Assembly: GCA_002633005.1 (NCBI GenBank)
Contig: NMRA01000576.1
Coordinates: 118,339 to 182,338, forward strand
Origin: Phoronis australis
Taxonomy: Eukaryota; Animalia; Phoronida
DNA: 64,000 nt
Reading direction: 5' to 3'
Position 1 is the stretch's first letter. Each line of letters starts with the position of its first letter. Under the pieces are notes generated by a model that worked only from the letters and a program-made list of their open reading frames with translations, searched no databases and was not told the DNA's origin. Shown in pieces: positions 37,927-52,200 of the stretch. Position numbers and translations under genes: made by a program.

Positions 37927-39815
37927 CCCTAATTTTAGCAGAAGAATTATTGTAGAAAACCAAATTTTGCAACGTTGGTAAATAATTTAGATCATTCTTG
38001 CAAGATTTTATTCGGTCATTTTTTACCCACAACGGCGCAAATTTGTATATTTAATTTAGTAAACACCTTCGTACCAAGGCTAAAGCCTTCCGAGCCCTTT
38101 GGCGTAAGAACACAATTGTTGGCGTTTCGCGTATATCCAGGGAGTAAAACTTTGAAAATAATTTTTTCGGGGTAACCTGGTACAGGTAATCCTAAAAAAC
38201 TTGTCTGTGTTTTCATGTAGAGCGTAAAAATTATTAACCCAGTGATTCAAAAAGAACACTCTCGCAAACGAAAATTCACAAAATTTTCAGCTCTATTACC
38301 CTGGTTAAAAAACAACTTCTATCAGTTTATTGCATTGGATTCTAGTGATCACTAGGGCAAGTCAAAACTCTTAATGGGGCGCAATTTCAAACCTTTGGCA
38401 TGAATCAGTGATATAAGACCGACTTTAATTCATCAGCAATGTAGACACAACAGTTACAGACACTGACTGCGTTTGTTAACGTCTTGTGGCAATGATAAAA
38501 ATACATGTTTCTACTATGATTGATAACAAGTTTTACTCTGATGAGATATGATGCAATATACATGTCTAATATGCAGATCGGCAGTTGCAAGAATATTTAC
38601 TGGATTTAATGAATCCGTTTGATCTGAACCACTGTAAAAGTATGATTACTAATTGTACATTCGAAGCACGCCTCATTAGAATAGAAACATACACACACTT
38701 GCTGGATAATCCTGGGAGTACCTCTAGGCATGAATGAAGATATATAGTTGTTAAGCCATAGAGGATAATAAGGCTTACATAATATCACACTGAGCCATCT
38801 ACACCAGGCATATACAAAGGATACAGTATTTCAAAAGAATCCACAACTACTTATTTTTCATAGTCATAACTACTCATTTTTCATAGTATTACTAAATCAC
38901 GAACACCTAGATATATATAAGAAGTTACACAGAACGCTGCTACACAACTTGCTCTCTCACATTTATGGGAGGCCTAATTTGTAACATTTAACAACATATA
39001 TTTTCTATACAAGATTAAAACCAAGCAAAACATGTTAACTCTCCAGGACCAAAGATAAATATCTCAAAACCAGAAATTTTACTTAAGCAGGAATTAAAAC
39101 AATCCAATACATTGAGATTGCTTTCACACAGAAGACAAAAAAACAAATAAAGACTAAAATTCACCACGTCAAGACTGAAATGTATCACATCAGCACCTAT
39201 AATGTATCAAGTGAGGACCAAAAATTCTTAACTTCAGGATCAAAATAAAATACGACCGAACTGAAAATTTAATAAGCCACGTTCAAAAACTTACCACGTC
39301 AGTAACTTTACACGCCAGAACACCCCGTCACCATCCCCAAGCATTGATCCTTCAAAGTGATAATGTTCGTACTATACGTATAAATGTTCAACCTCTTGCC
39401 GACAAGACATATTATCTTGGAAATGCAGTTGAATTTCTTTCGTGTAATCCACGTTTTACAATAGATGCCAATGTATAGGTACAGTACACACTGGATTGCC
39501 ATCATTGCATAATGGGTGACCACGTAGTCTCCGGGCATGAAAAGAATTCTCTCCTGGCGTGATACTAAGTTTTCTGACGCAATAAATCGTGGTTGTCAAT
39601 TGTTTTTGATTCTACAGAGATTTCAATTCCTGAATAGAAAATGTGTGTTCTGAATTTTTCGGCTTCAGCTTTCCATTCAGCTAACTATTGCACATCACCG
39701 TGTTTTTACTATCCCGTGGCGGCTCCACTGCCGTCAACGAATCACTTCTGGTACAACCTTCCGTAAATGACGTTCGTATTTTGCACATTTCTTCGGGGTA
39801 ACAGTTTTCCAAGAG
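37927..39815 (-). mobile_element. Decayed IS630/Tc1-like element S1
   Basis: Inverted homologue of 43185-45028; transposase C-terminus WKTVTPKKCAKYERHLRKVVPEVIR..GAATG next to gap; TA-CCCTAATTTTAGCAGAAGAATT end. Confidence 0.75.
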
Positions 39816-40394
39816 NNNNNNNNNNNNNNNNNNNNNNNNNNNNNNNNNNNNNNNNNNNNNNNNNNNNNNNNNNNNNNNNNNNNNNNNNNNNNNNNNNNNN
39901 NNNNNNNNNNNNNNNNNNNNNNNNNNNNNNNNNNNNNNNNNNNNNNNNNNNNNNNNNNNNNNNNNNNNNNNNNNNNNNNNNNNNNNNNNNNNNNNNNNNN
40001 NNNNNNNNNNNNNNNNNNNNNNNNNNNNNNNNNNNNNNNNNNNNNNNNNNNNNNNNNNNNNNNNNNNNNNNNNNNNNNNNNNNNNNNNNNNNNNNNNNNN
40101 NNNNNNNNNNNNNNNNNNNNNNNNNNNNNNNNNNNNNNNNNNNNNNNNNNNNNNNNNNNNNNNNNNNNNNNNNNNNNNNNNNNNNNNNNNNNNNNNNNNN
40201 NNNNNNNNNNNNNNNNNNNNNNNNNNNNNNNNNNNNNNNNNNNNNNNNNNNNNNNNNNNNNNNNNNNNNNNNNNNNNNNNNNNNNNNNNNNNNNNNNNNN
40301 NNNNNNNNNNNNNNNNNNNNNNNNNNNNNNNNNNNNNNNNNNNNNNNNNNNNNNNNNNNNNNNNNNNNNNNNNNNNNNNNNNNNNNNNNNNNNN
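39816..40394. other. Assembly gap (579 N)
   Basis: Run of N. Confidence 1.
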
Positions 40395-40759
40395 TAACCG
40401 AGACAGCAAAACTAGGTTAATTTATTTGACCCTGTGCTAAGACGAATATGCATCGACACGCAAAGTGGTATGAGCCTGACAACCTATTACGCAACTGCTA
40501 CTCTAGCCTAACAATAGCAGCCGATCAGCTGGTCGTCTGATGGCCGGTCGGCTAAAGGGTCGGCTGTAGGGTAGCCTTATGAGTCGGCACTGCGGGCGGC
40601 TGCCGGTCGGCTAATTTTTAGCCGACCGGTCGGCTAATTTGCCGACCGGTCGACGGCCGGTCGTCGACCAACTTCCGACCGGTCGGTCAAAAATTCGTGA
40701 TGTGTGCTGTATTCCTGGTATGCGGTAATCTTGGGTTAGTTCGGTTTGACGTGTGAATG

Positions 40760-41471
40760 TGCTTTTAGCAGTGCCATATCTGTATCGGTACTCGCATTGC
40801 CGGACCGCTCTGTACCAAGTTATCTTTCCCATCACTTTTCTGCACTGACGACTATGGTAAACACGGTGTTTTAAAAAGTACACTTTTGAGGGCAGTTTCA
40901 AAAATAAATGTTTGGTTGATTAATTCAGCGAGTCGGTGCCCACATGCAGAAAACGGTATCTGCGTTAAGGAAGAGTTGGGTTTTCAAAACATTCACATCA
41001 TGAGCTCAAGGACTACCTGAGAAACAAAATAAAACCGAATACCATTCGGAAACTTGTCCAATGAATATATAGCTCCTGGAAAACTGTTACCCCGAAGAAA
41101 TGTGCAAAATACGAACGTCATTAACGGAAGGTTGTACCAGAAGTGATTCGTTGCTAGTTAGCTAAATGGAAAGCTAACCCGGAAAATCCAGAACACACAT
41201 TTTCTATTCAGAAATTGAAATCTCCGCAGAATCAAAAACAAATGGCAACCAGGATTTATTGCGTCAGTAAACTTATCACGCCAGGAGAGAATTGTTTTCA
41301 TGCCCGGATACTATGTTATCACCCATTATTATGCAATGACGACAATCCAGTGTGTACCTATATATTGGCATCTATTGTAAAACGTGGAATAGACGAAAGA
41401 AATTCAACCGCATTTCCAAGATAATATGTCTCGTCTGCAAGATTTTGAACATTTATCCTTTTTTATACGTA
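40760..41471 (+). mobile_element. Decayed IS630/Tc1-like element fragment S2
   Basis: Direct homologue of ~42918-43612; 40996-41154 reads HHELKDYLRNKIKPNTIRKLVQ*IYSSWKTVTPKKCAKYERH*RKVVPEVIRC; interrupted at a TA by E2. Confidence 0.75.
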
Positions 41472-41760
41472 CAACACACATCACGAATTTTTGTCCGCCC
41501 GGTCGTAAAGTGGTCGACAACTAACCGTCGACCGGTCGGCAAATTAGCCGACCGGCAGCCGCCCGCAGTGCCGACTCATAAGGCGACTCCCCAGCCGACC
41601 CTTTAGCCGGACGGCTATAAGTGGACCAGTTGGGCGGCTGCTATTTTTTGGCTAGATTAGTAGTTGCGTAATAGGTTGTCAGGCTGATACCACTTTGCTT
41701 GTCAATGCATATTCGTCTTAGCACAGGGTGAAATAAATCAAGCCTAATTTTACTCGGTTA
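41472..41760. mobile_element. End of a second TIR element copy (E2), inverted relative to E1
   Basis: Reverse complement of 40395-40709; starts TA-CAACACACATCACG. Confidence 0.85.
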
Positions 41761-42778
41761 CTTGAGTTCATGTCGGTTGTGTAACACCACTAATTCGAAG
41801 GTTGAAGGCAAGCAGTAATAGTAAACATTGGATTATGGACAATGCAACAAGTTTTGAATGAAAAACGTGCAAGTTTTCTTTACATGTGATCTTTAATTTG
41901 ACTCGTGACGTGAACAAGTTGTATAAGATTGGTTGCTTCCCAGTTAATACAACTCTGCAGTCATTTTGTAAACGAAGCTATTCTTAGCAGTCTTCGCCCA
42001 CAATTGATTGTGTTTGTGTAACGCCAAACTGTATCTTTTTAGCGTTTATTAAATTTCTCACCGGTCTCCTATCACGCGCCCATGATGATGGATTAGTGAG
42101 TGTGTTGTTACACTGCGAAGAGCTCTCACTCCGGGGGATTTTATTTTCATACTATTTACCCTTGCAGTCCAGAAGCGAAATTCACAGTCCAGTAACCCTA
42201 AACCCACTGACTTCGATGGCTCCAACTTCGAAATCATATATTATGGTTACGATTTCCACGAACGGTGACATCACCACTGTTGAGGCTACAGCCAATTGTA
42301 GCTTTAGGCCTTCCGTTTTCATGTATCGGTGACGTTAAAATCTGGGTAGTTACATGTATACACGTAGTCCTCTATAAGTTGGTCGTTCACGTTGTTTCAA
42401 AAATAAATATTTTCTGTCAACAAAATATTGACAAATTATGAAAAATAAAACAAGTGTGAACGGGAAGATGTGAATACGTGATGAAAAGTGTATTGGTCTC
42501 TACGTGGTATCTGTGCATGAACCTTAGATAAAGCGATTGCGATGGCAAAAAATGATAGAAAATACATCAAGGTGCACTTTTGAGAAGCAAAGTGTCTGGT
42601 GATATTCATAGAGTATGATCTGGCCACCTTTGGTAGTAGTGACGCTGATTCAGAAGTGGCAACTACATGTTTGGAGCGAAAATTAAAAAAAAAATCATGC
42701 TTGTATCTCCAACCCCCCACCTCCCCGAATTTTGCACATTTTAGTGAGTCACCACTCGAGATTTGGTTCCGCTTCAGT

Positions 42779-45028
42779 CCTAAAATCGCAGAATAATTCT
42801 TCTGTGCTCAGCTGTAAGTCTTAGTAAAGTTTTCAGCATGAGAGCGCTTTATCAGAAATGCCAAACCCACGCAGGGTTTTAAGACAGAGACGTTGGCGTT
42901 TCCATATGTCCACAAAAGTGCTTTGAGCAGTGTGTACAAAGTTGTTCGTTTCGCTTTTCTACCCTGACGACTATGTTTTAAAAAAGTACACTTTTGAGGG
43001 CATTTTCAAAAATGAATGTTTGGTTGATGAATTCAGCGAGTGGGTGCTCACAAACAGCAAAACGTATCTGCGTAAATAAAGAGTTGCGTTTTCAAAACAT
43101 TCAGAGCATGACTCGAGCTCAAGGACTACCTGAGAAAGAAAGTGAAACAAAGTACACTACAGAAAATTGTCCAATGAATATGTAACTCTTGGAAAACTGT
43201 TACCACGAAGAATTGTGCAAAATACGAACGTCATTTACAGAAGTGATTCGTTGCAGTGGAGCGGATACAGGATAGTAAAAACACTGTGCTGTACACTAGT
43301 TAGCTGAATGGAAAGCTGAAGTGGAAAAATCCAGAACACACATTTTCTGATTAGGAATCGAAATCTCTGTAGAATCAAAAACAATTGGCAACCAGGATTT
43401 AATGCGTCAAGAATCTTATCACGAAAGGATAGAATGGCTTTCATGCCCGGAGCCAACGTGATCACCCATTATGCAATGATGAAAATCCAGTGTGTACCTA
43501 TAAATTGGCATCTATTCCAAAACGTGGATTAGACGAATAAAATTCAACCGCATTTTCCAGATAATATGTCTGTCGTCGGCGACAGCTTCAACATTTAGAC
43601 CTTGTTTATACATATAGTACGGACATTATCAGTTTGAAAGATCAATGCTTGGGGATGGTGACGCGGGTGTTCTGGCGTGAAAGTTACTGACATGGTAAAT
43701 TTTTGAACATGAGTTATTAAACTATCAGTTCGGTCGTATTTTATTTTGATCCTGAAGTGAAGAATTTTAGGTCTTCAATAGATAAATTATAGGTGTTAAT
43801 GCGATAAATTTCCAGTCTTGACGTGGTGAATTTTCGTCTTTATTTGTTCTTTGGTCTTCTGTGTGAAAACAATCTCAATGTATTGGGTTATTTTAATTCC
43901 TGCTTAAGTAATATTTCTGGTTTTAAGGTATTCATTTTTGGTCCTGGAGAGTTAACATGTTTTGCTTGGTTTTAATCTTGCATAGAAAAGATATATCGTT
44001 AAATGTTTCAAATTTGGCCTCCCATAAATGTGGGAGAACAGGTTGTGTAGCATCGTACTATGTATCTTCTTATATAAAACTAGGTGTTGGTGATATAGTA
44101 ATACTATGAAAAATGAGTAGTTATGGCTATGAAAAATGAGCAAATGTGCCTTCTTTTGAAATACTGTATCCTTTGTATATGCCTGGTGTAGATGGCTCAA
44201 AGTGATATTATGTCAGCCTTATTATCTTCTATATCTGAACAACTATATATCTTCATTCATGGCTGTAATGGAGGTACTCCCACGATCATCAAGCATGTGT
44301 ATGTTTTAATTCTAAAGAGGCGTGATTCGAATGTACAATTAGTAATCGTACTTTAGCAGTGGCTCATAACAAACGGATTCCTTATACCCAGTAAATATTT
44401 TTGCAACAGCCGATCTGCATATTAGACATGCATATTGCATCATATCTCATCAGAGTAAAATTTGTTATCAATCATAATACAAGCAATTATTTTTATCATT
44501 ACCACAAGACGTTAACAAACGCAGTCAGTGTCTGTAACTGTTGTGTCTACATTGCTGATGAATTTAAGTCGGTCTATTTCAATTTTATATCACTGATTCA
44601 TGCCAAAGGTTTGAAATTGCTCCCCCTTAAGAGTTTTGATTTGCCCTGGTGATCACTAGAATCCGATGAAATAAACTTACAGAAGTTGTCTTTAAACCAA
44701 TGTAATAGAGCTGAAAATTGTCTGCGTTTTCATTTGCGAGAGTATTCTTTTTGAATCACTGGGTTAATAATTTTTACGCTTTACAAGAAAACACAGACTA
44801 CTTTTTGAGGATTACATGTGCCAGGTTACCCCGAAAATATTATTTTCAAAGTTTTACCCCCTTGGAGTATACGCTAAACGTCAAGTATTGTGTTCTTCCG
44901 CCAAAGGGCTCGGAAGGCTCTAGCCTTGGTGCGAAGCTATTTATTAAATTAAATATACAAATTTACGCCGTTGTGGGTAAAAACTGACCGAATAAAATCT
45001 TCCTAGAGTAATCTAAATTATTTACCAG
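42779..45028 (+). mobile_element. Decayed IS630/Tc1-like element S3
   Basis: Homologous to S1 (inverted) and S2 (direct); degenerate TIR-like start CCTAAAATCGCAGAATAATT. Confidence 0.75.
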
Positions 45029-46599
45029 AAATGAGGAACCTGGTGAAAAGCATGGTGTAAAGCAGAGTTTTAAAGATGGTAAAAAGTAAAAGTGCAAACA
45101 AAGAAAAGAAAAAATAAAAATTTATCAAAGACAGAACAACAAATTTCAGGCCAAAGGAATCCTCAAATATAACACATGAATTGAATCTAGAGAATACAGT
45201 GCTTTTGTGACAAACTTGTTCACTGTTTTGGGTACTACAGTTGTTTTTACTGGTATGAAAAATGTCCATGAAAAATCCAGCGTAGAATGAACTTAGAATT
45301 TAATAAGTTATTATGCACCTAAAATAATTTAATTCTAAGGCGACTGCATTTGAATTAAATGGTCTTGTTCTAAGAAAAAATGAACAATGACCTAGCAGTG
45401 TGCCTAAACGTATTGTTAGGAATATCTGATTAGTTGCTTAAATTTACTATTCCTCTTGGTGTGTGAGTCTATTCTCAAGCAGTTTTTTAGTAGATCTGGC
45501 AAAGCCGACAATGCAGGGTGTTTTAACTATTGTTATCTGGCTTTGCCTGAGCTAGCTATTTTGGTTAAGTAACTGGATAACACTATGGGGATAGTATTTG
45601 TTTTGACATGAAATGGTGATGGTCAACCACCCTTATATATGACTGTTGAACTGCATATCTGCTCCATATGAAAGTCTAGATTCATCAGCATCAATCGGTT
45701 TCACAACAGGCTTGTAGTTCATTTGTCTCTTGCAATGTTATTTTTCACTCTCATTAATGTTATCACCAGAATTAATGAAGGTGGTGTGGGGTGCCCTTAC
45801 CAGTTCTTGTAGTCTGCCTTAAGTAAACAAAATTTGAGAAATTTCACTCACTCACTCTTACAGAGATTCACACACATAATTTGAAAATGGTGATAAAAAG
45901 ATAATAAAAATACCAATAATAATAACACCAATAATAATAACACCTGGTAATTCTGATCTTACTAATAGTAATTAGAACAATGCAAACATGTAGTAACTAC
46001 TGCTGTTCTTACTATTTAAATGTCAAATGACTGTTGGGTTCTGGAAATGAAAAAATATTATACCCCATGGATATGGAATTTTGTGGTATTCCAAAGGCGT
46101 GGGTAATGAGCTTCGATTTCGAAAAGAATTTCGACAGCGTTGTATAGATTTAGAAAATCAAATGTGGCAAGAAGCTTTAAATTAGATACATAGCAATTTT
46201 TCAAATTACATCTTAAAAAGGAAAATATTAGACATAGAGAAACCGTGTATGAGATCTCCACTGGTGCATATTTAATACACAAATCAATCATTGATGATAG
46301 AATGATAGAGCTGGGACAACATTTTGAATGCTGAGAGAAGTTAAACTTCGTTCAAGTTGTGACATTCGAAAAATTGAAAACAAGTACCTGACTTTTTAAT
46401 TGTGTCCCCAGGCCTTAGAATTAGTTTGAATATTCCAGTTGTCTCTTGAGAACTGTACATGTATTTTTCAAAAGTTAAGCAAGCACATGAAGAGATGTAA
46501 GATAAGAAAAATGTTGTGAAATTCATGTTTTTGCTAATAAGTGTAAATTGTCTGTACTAAACGTTGATGGAATGTGAACATAAAAATGAGGATGAGCTC

Positions 46600-48660
46600 C
46601 ACAAAGCCATTGTTTCTGGAACCATTCTGCTTGCGGAACAAATCCGCAACAGTCACATTGATCAACAAATTATTGTTAGGATTTTCACCGTTTTTCAAGT
46701 GGTATTGAGAATGTGATGCATTCTAACTTTAACCCCGCAAAACCATTCTGTGTGGAAGATCGTTCCGCATGCGAAACGGTTCCACAACTGTCACATTTAT
46801 GAAGTAATTATTGTTAGGGTAGACATTCTGATACATTCATGTTTATGCTTGTTGCACTTAAGATTTGAATGTTTCCTGGCCTGTGTTAAACTCTACCATG
46901 AGGGGTTAAATAGCATAATTAAAATGTCAATTTTTCCCGAGTCAGGTTGAGGTAGGTTTCACCATCACAGATCATTCAGCAAGCTCCCCACTGATTAATC
47001 ATTGTTCTTGCTGACACGTTGATATTTTCATGTGTTATTGGTGTAGAATATATTTCAACTTCAATGTGCACGAAAAAAACTAAACTATTGTTTGCGGAAC
47101 ATTGACATTTTCAAGTGGCATTGATAATGGAATGCATTTAAAGTTTCTTGGACAAAAAATATCCTGCAAAACCATTCTGTTCTGGAAATCACTCCCCATG
47201 CGGAATGCTTTTTCCTGCGGAACCAATTCGCATGCGTAATGGGTCCGCAAATGTCACATTGCTCAACTAATTACTGTTATGGTTGTCACATCGAAAGTTT
47301 TAAGTGGCATTGATAATGGAATGCATTTTAAGTTGATTGAGGAAAACAAATAACCCGTAAAACCGTATGCTGAACGGTTCAGCAAATGTAACTTTATTAA
47401 TTAACTATTGTTGGGGTAGAAATACTGATACGTTTTTGTTTAATGCTTGTTCCACATTAAGATTCGAATATTTCGTGTCTTGTGTTAAGGTTCTACCGAA
47501 AGTGGTAAAATGGCACAGACAAAATGTAAAATTTTCCCCGTGTCTGCTTGAGGTAGGTTTCTGCATCACAAATCTTTCACTGATTAATCATTGTTCATGT
47601 TGACACATTGATATTCTCTTGAGCTATTGAGAATAAAATGTATTTCAACTGAAATATGCAAGAATCATTTTGTAAACCTGGTGAAGATCACATCGATACT
47701 TTCCATTGGCATTGATAATGGAATGCATTTTAAGTTGATTGGTGAAATCAAATACTTCCGCGAATTTTTTTCTGCATGTGGAGCGGTTCCGAATGCAGAA
47801 CGGATCCGCAACTGTCACTTTTATTAATTAATTATTGTAAGGGTAGAAATTCTGATACTTTTATATTTAATGCTTGTTGAACGTAAAGATTCGAATAGTT
47901 GATGGCTTGGGTTAAGGCTCTACCAAAAAGCCATCAAATAGAATAGACAAGATGTCATTTTTCCCGAGTTTGCTTGAGGTAGGTTTCTTCATCACAAACC
48001 ATTCAGCAAGTTCCCCACTGATTAATTATTGTTCATGTTGACACATTAATATTTTCATTTGCTATTGAGAATAGAATATATTTCAACAGAAATGTGCAAG
48101 AATTGTTTTTAATACTTGTGAGGATCACAAAAGTATTCTTTGTGAAATGGTTCCGCATGCGGATCGGTTCCACATGCGGAATGGTTCCGCCACTGTCACA
48201 TTAATGAACTTACAGATGTATTACTGTTAGGATTGTCACATCGATACTTTCAAGTGGCATTGACAATGGAATGCATTTTAAGTTGATTGGTGAAATCAAA
48301 TACCCAGCAAAACCATTCTGGTTGGGAAATCGCTCCTCATGTGTAACGGTTCCGCATGCTGAATGGTTCCGCAACTGTCACATTGATCAAGTAATTATAA
48401 TTAGGCACAGCATTCCACAAACCTTGTGCAGCATTCTGCAAGTGCGTAATATTCCGCAAAATCTGCGTAATATTCCACAAAATCTGCGTAATAATCCACA
48501 AAATTTGTGCATGGCAAAATTAAACTTCTAATTACGAAAATGCTAATTGAGGATATAAAAATGTACATTGTAAACATGTTTAGGGTAAGGTATAGATTTT
48601 TTTCATACCATTTTTATGGCCCTAAAGGATATTAAAATAGTGCGGAACCGTTCCACACGC
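46600..48660. repeat. Complex tandem repeat (three ~250-bp blocks alternating with CCGCATGCGG-rich blocks; 21-bp tandem at 48440-48510)
   Basis: Blocks at ~46810, 47407, 47833; GGCATTGATAATGGAATGCATTT recurs ~5 times. Confidence 0.85.
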
Positions 48661-48917
48661 TTTGAGACTTTGAGACTTTGAGAAAAAAATCGCCTTGTCA
48701 GTCTATGGACGCATCATAAGATGGGCCTTGTTTTTGCAAAACTATCGATTTGATTTTGAAGCTATCAAAGGCTCAGAGATTGTTGGTGCTGATTACCGGA
48801 GTAGGTTAGAGAATTGAATATTCATGGAAGTTTGGTTATTATCTAAGTGTTAATCAATATTTAAGTCATTCATGTTGATAAAATCTTAAGAAGTATCTTC
48901 TTAAGGAGGGCTTATTT

Positions 48918-49270
48918 TTCAGAATATATATTGATTAATAATTAATAAGAATAGATCCATTTTCGGTTGCCCAAAATTTGTGCATATTTACTTTAAATTC
49001 ATGAATTTTTACGGCTATTAAAAAAACATGATCTTATCTAATCATATTATTGGCAATTACGTTTTGTTCTCATTAATTCTTAGAATATCTAGAGTGCTTT
49101 GACCCAAGAACCAAAATCGTAAACATCATATAAAATTTAATTCGACGTGAAAATACATGTCAACAAGTTTGACCACATGGTACATGTATAAAAGTAAATG
49201 TTCACAAATTATGGCCAACTTAAAATGGATCCTTTCTTACTGATTACTCAACCATTATTGATCCTGGCCC
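48918..49270. mobile_element. MITE with ~80-bp inverted arms
   Basis: 48930-49003 is an imperfect reverse complement of ~49176-49255; second copy at 15610-15895. Confidence 0.7.
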
Positions 49271-52200
49271 TTGAAGATGAACCCTAGAATGCTTTTTGTT
49301 TTCTTTTGTATTTTTTCTAAATGGTTGCTGTTGGCAACCCGTATCACAGTGGCCGTAGTGAGTGACGGAGATTTTGTAGTGACGAGATATTTTTTAACTG
49401 ACAGAGGGTAGAGCCCAAGTATAATGTGGTAAAGTACGCACTGGCTCAATTTAGTCATTCTGATTGTAAATCCTGCTATCATGCTGGAAAATAAGAACAC
49501 GGGTAACAGTAAATTAAGTGTCTCCAGTCACTGTTGCGGTCACATTTCATCCAATGCAATGTCTATTATAAGAAAACACTTCTATAGCCAACCCATGCCG
49601 GATGATTGTGGTGAGATGGACCACATCTTCAGGTGAGAAATAAGTGTATATTTTCATGCATGCCCTAAGCACTGAACTGCTCTAATCATTAAGTACTCGA
49701 GCACAATATAAAATAATTTTGAATTCGTTAAAATGAGACCGAAAATATTAAAACATTTTATTTTTTTTCGCGTTTTTTTAAATATTTTTTGTCATGACTT
49801 AATGCTCAAAATGATTTCACTTCGTTGTTGCTAAGGCATAACTACCTGAACTATTGCTATGTTTACACTCTTCAAGTGTCGCTTTATATGTCAATGTAGA
49901 GAAGAGACAGGTTATCAATAGTTGCCTATCAATCCAATACGCCTATGATTGAATACTATACATCATATAGCCCATTAAATGTTTTGAAAAATAATTTTGT
50001 CTTAGGCAAAGGATTCTCCAAATACAATTTTAATAACGATAAGTACATACCACCGACCGTCAATAACATCGCCGCAAATTGCACGACTCCTGGAAAACCA
50101 TTTGATATTAATTAGAGATGTAGTAAACAGACATTGCCATTCACAATATAGTTATTGAGTTAAGAACCGTGTGGCGATGCAGGTTCAGAAGAGCAATTAC
50201 GACAACGCAATACCTCCGTATTTCATGGGACAAACTAATGTTTCAACAAAAATGCCCTAATTTTCAGAAGTTAAATTTAAACAAATTACAGATAAACGCT
50301 TTATGGAAAATGTACCACGAATGCGGTCTGCTCAATCGTGATTGGCTTTAGAGAAAAACTTTAAGTCGTTCTTAAATGGCAATTGAACGTCTTCAACTAT
50401 ACGCACGTGTACTGGTAGAAGAAATTTGTGCAGTTCCTCGATACAAGTTGGAGTCGTGTTCAGCCAACTCGTACGAAATGCCATATCACATTACACTGTT
50501 AAACACTGGGAAGAATATGGGAATAGTGCGAATAATTTTAAGAAAGGCTTTACCCAAACTGATTATTGCGTGCTTCTTATTCATCTCCACTACCTCCTGT
50601 GAATAGTGAAATACTTGGCCCTTTGTAATATGCACATGAGGAACGATATAACGCACTATATATGGCTGCGACACAAAGTTTACAAGGTGGATAATTCCGG
50701 TATGTCAATCATATCATTAATGAATTTTTTATAAACCAATCAGAGCGCTGGAAACTTAATACTCCAGTCGTAAACCATATTACTGAACATACTTACGTTG
50801 ATAACGTAGGGGGGTTTTCGGTCCGTCCATGTCACTGTACTTACTAATAACTATCCAGGAAAACGGCTAAAATAAAATATAAGGGGAACACATACACAAT
50901 ATCGCATATAAGTGCACCCACAGCGAAGCGTGCGAATGAAAACTTAGCTCACAGGACAATGAGCGACCTAAATTAGCCTTAAGGTACCCTTGTGAATAGT
51001 TGATTTTATGTATAAATACCTGAAGTGACTTTCAGAAACAGTTATGAGATAACTCAAAATGACCTCAACTTACAGCATTTAGGTAACACAACTGTCTATG
51101 AGTTCCTAAAAGCATTGTAAAGAGATGATGATTAGCGCTATATTTCCAAACCAAACTAATTTACTGTCGCCATTGCATTTTCCGCAAGGTGTCAGTGCCA
51201 ATTCCCCTGTACACAACGTATAACGTTTGAACATTTAAAAAATCAATCCAATTTCTTTGACTAACAGACTCACGAATAAGCGACTCAATAAGCACATTGA
51301 TTATAACATTAACCAATAAACGTTCGAAAGTGTTTCCGTGTAAGATGTGAATAAAAGCCACGTTTGAAAGAAAATTAATTTTATTAGGTATACGTGATTG
51401 TAAGACTTAGAAATTCAGAGAAACTGTAGGTGGACGTTGCTTATTAACGGATTATCCTGAGGCAGTTCATTACAAAGGAAACTTTCCAATTATAAGTAGG
51501 CAACGGGTCACAGTCAGTTAATATGTGCTGATAGCAAGAATATATTTTTTCACGGGTCAAGTGACGTTACAAATTACATGCGGGACACCGTGCGGAGCCA
51601 TACAAATAGGGCCTTATTACCAATTTTGAAATTCCTATTTACGCAGTCCAAAATAACCGGCTAAGTCATTTGAGGAACCACCACCACAGGACAGGAAAAA
51701 ACAGTCGCAATGGAATTAAAACACAGTAAAGAGAGTTTGATCCAACAAAACTTTTCATCATGTGCATGTTGTCCCAGAAGACATTGTTCCTCCGAGCTGC
51801 TTGTGTACCTGAGGTCAGCAATTGGGTACAACTTCACAACTAGGGACGTTCAAGTACTTGGCGGTGCATTTACAGCGTTACCAAACGCATTTGACCTAAA
51901 AAAGAGTTTTTCCTGGAAACTGTTTCAGATCTGTAGGCGCAAAAACCTGAAAACGATCATACATGCAGATTGTATTAGAATATCATTCATGAGGATAATA
52001 ATGGCAATCAATTATGATAATGGTTTTGATATATCAGATTTTTCACAAATAAAATAGAAGTAAAACACTATAGGGCTGCAGCATTGACCCCGCCAAAACT
52101 GACAAAAATTTTGAAATTTCGGCAATTTGGGACCGTGTCAAATTTTGAGCATGCAAAGGCCTATCGTTCAGCTCTAGCCTTAGGCCTTGAACTACTCAAC

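Larger units (their letters stand above)
36459..40709. mobile_element. TA-flanked TIR DNA transposon (non-autonomous, element E1) with CCGACCGGTCGG subterminal palindromes
   Basis: ~67-bp TIR CAGCACACATCACGAATTTTTG... with ~3 mismatches at both ends, TA on both sides; contains nested S1 and the gap. Confidence 0.85.

Noticed and set aside
39681-40420. Long ORFs of 242 and 217 aa
   Set aside because: Artefacts of the N gap
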